Positions 57,033 through 62,564 of a DNA stretch of 62,564 bases are shown here, in pieces. Position numbers and translations under genes: made by a program. How positions within the stretch are numbered: the stretch's first letter is position 1; each line of letters starts with the position of its first letter. The stretch covers positions 1-62,564 of the forward strand of contig CAYGGG010000001.1 of the NCBI GenBank assembly GCA_964349455.1, in the 5' to 3' direction. The DNA is from an uncultured Muribaculaceae bacterium. Its GTDB lineage: Bacteria > Bacillota_I > Bacilli_A > RF39 > UBA660. The notes beneath the pieces are model-generated. The model worked only from the letters and a program-made list of their open reading frames with translations. It made no database searches and was not told the origin of the DNA.

Positions 57033-58175
57033 CTATGCATCATCTAAAGTTTTTTTCAACTCATTTATAAACTTCTCACCAATCACCTTTTTGTCATATC
57101 TTTTAAATACATAATCTTTAAGCTTCCCGCTATCAAAAAAATCATAATTATGATATATCTTTAAAATCCCCTTTGCATACTCTTGCGGATCATCAACCGA
57201 GACTAACACCCCGATTTCATCATTAATCATTTCTTCAGGTCCACCACACTTAGTTGATATAACCGGAATTCCACATGCCAAGGCCTCGATAACTGGAATT
57301 GCAAATGTTTCACCGCGACTAGAAACACACAATAAATCAGAAATTTTCATATATTCGATTATTTTTTCTTTCGTTAAATAACCCGTAAAATTAACATATT
57401 GTTCCATCTTAAACTTCTTTGCAGCCAGCTTATAATAATCTTCATATTCGCCAGTTCCGACAATATTTAATCTTATATTTTTCATATCATACTGTTCAAC
57501 TAAAATACTCATTGCCTCAATTAACACTTCAAGCGCTTTTACTTTATAAAAATTAGCAATACTAATTAAATTAAAAGTATCATGACTTTTTCTTTCAACA
57601 TCAAAACTTTTCACATCAATAAAATTAGGAACAATCACTACTTCCTTGTCCGAAAATTCAGTTAGTTTTCTCTTAACTACTTCACTTACTGCAAACACGC
57701 CAGAACTATTCTCTAACAACTTTGGTGCATATTTACCATAATGCTCCAAGACATTAATCGAATGCTCATGAATTACATAAGGGATTTTTTCTTTCTTAGA
57801 AATATATCTTGCCGCCAAACCAGCCGGAAGAATACTTTGAGCAACAATAACATCTGGTTTCCCAATTACTCTTTTCATTTTCTTAAATACTCGATAAGCA
57901 AAAAAAGCATACAAATAAAAAGATAAAGTTACATTAATCGCCTTTAAATTTAATATTGAAATTTGATAAAATCCAAACCCAAATCTTTTATCATCAAATC
58001 CATCTTTTTGATATTTTTTAGAGCCTCTTATAAATTCCTTAAAACCTCTTCTATTTACATGCAACATATTAACTTCAGCAAGCTTAGACAACTCACACGC
58101 TTGCTTAATTAAATAATCACCCCAGATCGGATTCTTAACACTTGGAAACCAAGAAGGAATAACCAATATTTTCAT
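57033..58175 (-). CDS. GT4-family (GT-B) glycosyltransferase
   Basis: E-x7-E region ETFAIPVIEALACGIPVISTKCGGPEE. I chose the start at MKILVIPSW (58175), downstream of the selU stop. Confidence 0.8.
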   Translation of the reverse strand: MKILVIPSWFPSVKNPIWGDYLIKQACELSKLAEVNMLHVNRRGFKEFIRGSKKYQKDGFDDKRFGFGFYQISILNLKAINVTLSFYLYAFFAYRVFKKMKRVIGKPDVIVAQSILPAGLAARYISKKEKIPYVIHEHSINVLEHYGKYAPKLLENSSGVFAVSEVVKRKLTEFSDKEVVIVPNFIDVKSFDVERKSHDTFNLISIANFYKVKALEVLIEAMSILVEQYDMKNIRLNIVGTGEYEDYYKLAAKKFKMEQYVNFTGYLTKEKIIEYMKISDLLCVSSRGETFAIPVIEALACGIPVISTKCGGPEEMINDEIGVLVSVDDPQEYAKGILKIYHNYDFFDSGKLKDYVFKRYDKKVIGEKFINELKKTLDDA

Positions 58176-58191
58176 TTTGCACATCCTTTTT

Positions 58192-59238
58192 TTAAACATT
58201 AATCTTTTTATAATAATCAGATATCTTTTCAACAACTATCTCTAATCTATCCGACTTAATTATCATATCATAATCATACTTTTTCTGCGATTTTAAGTAC
58301 AACACATCATAATAATCCATAACCATATATTTAATAAAATCATTAAAATTAGATTCATTTAATAATTTCATCATTTTTCTAGTCCATTCATCGCCCATAT
58401 TTAACTTAAAATATTTGTTATTTTCAATAATTTTTTTCACCTTATCAACCTCAATATCTTCTGGACGATAAACATTTGACAAAATCTCAATTCTTTTTTC
58501 AAGCGAAACATCCAACAATATATGTGGTGAAATAAGAATTTTTTTATACAAAACATTTGGCAATGACACACTCCCTATTTTTCTACTTTCACTTTCAATA
58601 AAAACATACCTTTTATTATCAACAACAAAATCCTTAAGTAAAAAAAACAACTTATCTTCAAATTTTTTTTGGCTATTAACTTTTAGTCCAATCTCACCAA
58701 AAATAGATCCCCTATGATTAGCACAATCTTCTAAATCAATCACTGGTAATTTTTTAGCAAGTTCATTTAAAACAATTGTTTTTCCACTTCCAGTATTTCC
58801 TGATATTACCAAAAAATTTAATTTCTCAATATAATTATTAATATTATTTAATAAATAATTTCGGTATTCTTTATACCCTCCAACTAATTTATAACAATTA
58901 ACATTCATTAATTTCAATACATCAACAACCGAAGAACTACGGCTACCCCCCCGTGCACAAAAAACCACTATCTCTTTACTAGGATTCATCCTAATCAATT
59001 TTTTTATTTCTTTATAAATAATCGGCAACTGCTCTAGACCATACTTAAAACCCGTTTCATAAGCTAAATCTTTATTTTGCTTATACAAAGACCCGACAAT
59101 ATGACGCGCTTCATTATCGAGAATTGACAAGTTAATAGCATCTCTTATCGTTCCTTCATTATATTCCTTTTCTGATCGAACATCAATCAATATATATTTA
59201 TCAATACAATCAATCAAATCCCCAATTCTAATGTCCAA
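58192..59238 (-). CDS. selU: tRNA 2-selenouridine synthase (SelU/MnmH)
   Basis: N-terminal rhodanese domain with the catalytic loop FCARGGSRS, ARHIVGSLYKQ, and a P-loop SGNTGSGKT. Confidence 0.85.
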   Translation of the reverse strand: MDIRIGDLIDCIDKYILIDVRSEKEYNEGTIRDAINLSILDNEARHIVGSLYKQNKDLAYETGFKYGLEQLPIIYKEIKKLIRMNPSKEIVVFCARGGSRSSSVVDVLKLMNVNCYKLVGGYKEYRNYLLNNINNYIEKLNFLVISGNTGSGKTIVLNELAKKLPVIDLEDCANHRGSIFGEIGLKVNSQKKFEDKLFFLLKDFVVDNKRYVFIESESRKIGSVSLPNVLYKKILISPHILLDVSLEKRIEILSNVYRPEDIEVDKVKKIIENNKYFKLNMGDEWTRKMMKLLNESNFNDFIKYMVMDYYDVLYLKSQKKYDYDMIIKSDRLEIVVEKISDYYKKINV

Positions 59239-59726
59239 ATTCTCTGCCTTCTCTCATTTTTTATTAACACGTCAATAATTTCTTCTTTTGCTTTAAAATA
59301 TTTCTTTTCTAAAATTCCTATCTGCTTCTTATTAAAAACTAGCTTTACCGGAAATGCTCTTCTAATATTATATTTTACACCTTTTCCTTCAAGATACCTA
59401 CAAAAAAACAACTTGCAAGCAATATTTTTATTTAAACAGCACCCGTTATTTAAATGTTTACAAAGACCAACTTTTGATTTGTAGCAACACCCATTTTCCA
59501 CTCGGACCGTTTTTCCTAATCTATTAGCAATGCATTTTCCATCTTGAAAATCACAATAATTATGCTTCATCATTTCAGCATCCAAAAAATCACAAATATA
59601 ATCTATTATTAAGCTATATTTTTTTTCCAAATCGCTTTCATTTATAATTTCTTCTATCTTACAAATTAAATTATCTTCAAACTCTTGATGATTTTTAAAA
59701 TCAGTTATTTTTATTTTTCCCTTCAC
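59214..59726 (-). CDS. cysteine-rich hypothetical protein (possible metal/Fe-S binding)
   Basis: About 11 Cys in roughly 60 residues, including two CC pairs (CDFQDGKC...GCCYKS...LCKHLNNGCCLNKNIACKLFFC). GTG start behind GGTGAAGG. Overlaps the selU start by 25 nt. Confidence 0.5.
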   Translation of the reverse strand: MKGKIKITDFKNHQEFEDNLICKIEEIINESDLEKKYSLIIDYICDFLDAEMMKHNYCDFQDGKCIANRLGKTVRVENGCCYKSKVGLCKHLNNGCCLNKNIACKLFFCRYLEGKGVKYNIRRAFPVKLVFNKKQIGILEKKYFKAKEEIIDVLIKNERRQRIWTLELGI

Positions 59727-59770
59727 TTTACCTTCACCATTTTCTTAATTTAATTATACTACAAATTAAC

Positions 59771-59850
59771 AAAAAAACGAACACCAGGTAACCAGAGTGT
59801 TCCAATTTCATATATGGGGCAATATTCCAATAGGTACAAAATGTTTTTAA
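59771..59850 (-). repeat. intergenic module copy A: terminator hairpin plus conserved ATGGGGCA box
   Basis: gaacac...gtgttc hairpin (59779-59802) behind an A-run. The 37-nt box atggggcaatattccaataggtacaaaatgtttttaa (59814-59850) matches copy B at 35/37 positions. Confidence 0.7.
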
Positions 59851-59858
59851 ATCAAAAT

Positions 59859-60326
59859 TTATATTTTTTTTCTAAGATCTATGGTATATTCCCCGTAACC
59901 ATTTTTTTTATACATGGATATGGCTTTGTGGTTATTATAGAAAACGCTCAATCTTATATATTTGGCTCCATTTCCAACACACCATTTTTCAAATTGTTTT
60001 AATAATTGCTCCCCTATACCATGATTACGACAACGTTGAACAACTACAATAGCAGCCAGTTCTCCCACTGGTTCTTTATAAACGGTTAAATCATCTGCAA
60101 TGTAACCAGATACATATCCAATGAACTCATCATCTAATCGTGCGATATAACATATTGTTCTTTCTCTTAACAAGAAGTCGCGAAACTTACTTTCTCTATC
60201 TTTACCATTTTCTATTTCATTTAAGTTACTGTCATAATTATTTTCTGTGTTTCTAAGTTCCCTATGAAGAATTGCTAATTCTCTTATACTATCTAAAGTA
60301 GCAATCTCTATTCTAATTTTCTTCAT
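59859..60326 (-). CDS. GNAT-family N-acetyltransferase
   Basis: Acetyl-CoA motif A, VVVQRCRNHGIGEQLLKQ. Confidence 0.8.
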   Translation of the reverse strand: MKKIRIEIATLDSIRELAILHRELRNTENNYDSNLNEIENGKDRESKFRDFLLRERTICYIARLDDEFIGYVSGYIADDLTVYKEPVGELAAIVVVQRCRNHGIGEQLLKQFEKWCVGNGAKYIRLSVFYNNHKAISMYKKNGYGEYTIDLRKKI

Positions 60327-60344
60327 TATTATCTCCTCATATCC

Positions 60345-60441
60345 AGTATATATTATTTTAAATGAAAAAACAAACCTCTATTAAAAGTTTGCCTTATTTC
60401 TCTAATGGGGCAATATTCCAATAGGCACAAAACGTTTTTAA
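60345..60441 (-). repeat. intergenic module copy B
   Basis: tatatattattttaaatgaaaaaacaaacc...gtttg terminator, then atggggcaatattccaataggcacaaaacgtttttaa (60405-60441), which includes the GNAT stop codon. Confidence 0.7.
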
Positions 60442-61010
60442 CTGCTCTTTTTTAAATATTCCTCTTTCGTTATTCCATAAGAATAACAATCAATAAAATC
60501 TTCAACGAAAGTGTATTTTTGTTTATGTAATTGTTCGCTTCTTTTTTTAAATCCAAGTTTCTCCATTAATCTAAATGACGATGAATTACATATGGCTGAT
60601 GAAGTTTCTATTGCTTTAATACCCACCTCATCAAACATATAATTTATTATACTTCTTGCCGCTTCGTAAGCATATCCATTTTTCTGATCACTCGGATCAA
60701 TAAACCATCCAATATCTCTGATTTCTATTGGATAATCTGCTTTTTCTAAGATACTAATTTGTCCAATACACTTATTATCTTCCTTTTTTATAATGCTCCA
60801 TTGAAATACATCACTATTTTTTGCTCTTGCTAATTTTTTCATTTGCCAATGATAATCTTCTTCAAAGGTTTTCCCCATTTTACAAGTTAGATAATACTTA
60901 TTAACTTCCGGAATTAACAAAATATTAAAAACTGTTCTTAAATCCGCTTCTTCTGTCGATCTTAATATTAACCTGCTTGTTTCAATTTTTCTAGATCCCA
61001 GCTTTTTCAT
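60438..61010 (-). CDS. GNAT-family N-acetyltransferase (RimJ/RimL-like)
   Basis: LRSTEEADL..., QKNGYAYEAARSIINY and the typical length. Confidence 0.75.
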   Translation of the reverse strand: MKKLGSRKIETSRLILRSTEEADLRTVFNILLIPEVNKYYLTCKMGKTFEEDYHWQMKKLARAKNSDVFQWSIIKKEDNKCIGQISILEKADYPIEIRDIGWFIDPSDQKNGYAYEAARSIINYMFDEVGIKAIETSSAICNSSSFRLMEKLGFKKRSEQLHKQKYTFVEDFIDCYSYGITKEEYLKKSS

Positions 61011-61029
61011 TTAAAATCACCTAATTTGA

Positions 61030-61094
61030 TTATATATCATTTTAAACAAAAAACGAACCTCCTATTAGAAATTCGTTTTGTTTTTAATGGGGCA
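61030..61094 (-). repeat. intergenic module copy C (more diverged)
   Basis: tatatatcattttaaacaaaaaacgaacc...ttcgtttt terminator (61051-61078) homologous to copy B, followed by taatggggca (61085-61094). Confidence 0.55.
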
Positions 61095-61207
61095 TCATTT
61101 TGGTATATGTTACAGCCCTCTAAAGTTAATACACAAACAACATACTATAATTATCGTTATAAGTCTAGTGAAGAATGATATTTATGTCACGTTTTTTCAA
61201 AATTTCT

Positions 61208-62494
61208 TTATATTATATTCGATGCGACTTTCTCATCTGCTTCTATTTCTTCGTCGTTTGGTAAATCATCTATAATCCAATCAATTTTTGCATTTTTCCA
61301 TTTTTCTTGATGTTTTAATTCTTCTTTATAAAATGGACACTTTAAGCAATACTTTTCAATTGAACTTCGTGGCTTTCTTTTTGATGTATAGTGCCTATAA
61401 TATTTTTCAGTATTATCTAAAAACAGTTCTATTTGTAAAGCCGATTCGTTACGAAACCCTTTATCACCAAAAAAACGTTCACAAAATCCAAAATATTTGA
61501 GTTTATTATTTTTCAATAATTTTTGGAAATATTTTTCCTTAATGTATATAGAACCAGTAATACCATCATTATACCAATAGCCTCTGTTGTTATTAACTAA
61601 TATCACTTCTTCATTTTTTTCATTTACCCAAGAACTGTTAACTCTATTGTAACTCAGTTTTAATCTTCTAATAATTTCTGAAGGTGGAACATTAAAATCC
61701 GTTTGAATAAAAATGTCTGAAAATTCACTTGTATTTCTCACACTTGAAGTTCTTGAAAAATTGTAACAATGAACGTTATCCAGATCATCATATATTGTAT
61801 CGGTTTCAATTGTATAAAGGCGATCACTATCTGCATCATAACTAAGTTGATAATCTTCGTTAATCGCTAGATTAAGAATATAATCATCGCTCCAATATAA
61901 TTCCATTCCATCTTCTTTATTCTCTTTCTTTTTGATGCTACCATAAATTAAACGCCAGTCATCATTCTTGTGAGATATGGGTTTTATTATATTTCTAAAG
62001 TTTTGAATTGACAATTTATGATTTTTAGACCAAGTCTCTGTCTTTTTTGTTGGGATAATTAAGTTTTGAAGAAGTTTTTTATCTAAATAATCTATATCCT
62101 CATTATAAACACTTATTGGATAGTATAAAACTGGTTTTTCTTTATAGTAATCATTGGTATAAGCTGTATAGCCTAAATTTCCATCACAATACATGCAAAA
62201 CTCACTCATATAGTAATTACTTGATATGGAACCAATAGTGTTTGATATCGCTAAATCAAGTGCTTTATATACATTATCTTTTTCATCACTTTCATATATT
62301 CGACTTTTTTCTAAATCATCTAACTTGACATTATACTTTTTCATAAATTTTTTATACTGTTTCTGCCACGCTAAATATACATCTTGTGAAGGCCATTCCT
62401 CTTCTCTTATATCTTTATATACATTTTTCAATAAATCTTTTAGTATCCCATGTGCAGGACACTCTTTTTTTATGCACTCAAAATTTTCTTTCAC
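61208..62494 (-). CDS. hypothetical protein (428 aa), no recognised domain
   Basis: Long ORF, Tyr/Asn/Asp-rich, with CxxxC near the N-terminus and CLKC near the C-terminus. Confidence 0.5.
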   Translation of the reverse strand: MKENFECIKKECPAHGILKDLLKNVYKDIREEEWPSQDVYLAWQKQYKKFMKKYNVKLDDLEKSRIYESDEKDNVYKALDLAISNTIGSISSNYYMSEFCMYCDGNLGYTAYTNDYYKEKPVLYYPISVYNEDIDYLDKKLLQNLIIPTKKTETWSKNHKLSIQNFRNIIKPISHKNDDWRLIYGSIKKKENKEDGMELYWSDDYILNLAINEDYQLSYDADSDRLYTIETDTIYDDLDNVHCYNFSRTSSVRNTSEFSDIFIQTDFNVPPSEIIRRLKLSYNRVNSSWVNEKNEEVILVNNNRGYWYNDGITGSIYIKEKYFQKLLKNNKLKYFGFCERFFGDKGFRNESALQIELFLDNTEKYYRHYTSKRKPRSSIEKYCLKCPFYKEELKHQEKWKNAKIDWIIDDLPNDEEIEADEKVASNII

Positions 62495-62564
62495 TTCCTT
62501 ATTTATTTTTGTGATTTTGGATTTTTTTTCTTTTAAAAACTTATAATGAAATCTAATATTATTC

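Noticed and set aside
59771-61094. The repeated post-gene modules as integron attC sites, with the GNAT genes as integron cassettes.
   Set aside because: No intI-type integrase is in view. The boxes lack RYYYAAC/GTTRRRY core sites in the right places. The hairpins look like ordinary U-run terminators rather than long imperfect attC palindromes.

Overview
This is an AT-rich, gene-dense bacterial chromosomal window. About 85% of the genes are on the minus strand and many start/stop codons overlap. Long conserved genes (valS, dnaK, P-type ATPase) are intact with TGG for Trp, and TGA is used as a terminal stop, so the standard bacterial code applies. Gene content suggests a low-GC Firmicutes/Tenericutes-lineage anaerobe, but I cannot confirm taxonomy from the sequence alone. 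Most of the window is housekeeping: a CIRCE-controlled hrcA-grpE-dnaK-dnaJ operon, cdaA-cdaR, trmL, ftsY-ylxM, RNase J, whiA, uvsE, valS, a Trp T-box with trpS, a CIRCE-controlled hsp20, a Tyr T-box with tyrS-cysS, a Ca-type P-type ATPase, murT plus a gatD-like gene, tlyA, hydCBA [FeFe]-hydrogenase, selU and two GNATs. I saw no rRNA, tRNA, CRISPR array or intact mobile element; there is one possible transposase N-terminal fragment.

The most unusual locus is a tightly packed six-gene operon (52116-56883). It joins an exported thioredoxin-CcdA fusion to an orphan GcvH, a CoADR/Nox-type flavoprotein, LipA and a split LplA/LplB ligase. I propose it is a lipoyl-GcvH based redox relay; this is inference.

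Other notable items:
- a GatD homolog lacking its catalytic Cys and His
- an orphan HerA-like ATPase coupled to ylxM where ffh is expected
- a stand-alone Clp D1 AAA+ protein
- an HD-domain gene interrupted by one in-frame TGA
- a repeated terminator-plus-box intergenic module around the GNAT genes
- convergent Zn-ribbon paralogs

All functional calls come from motif recognition by eye. No database searches were run.
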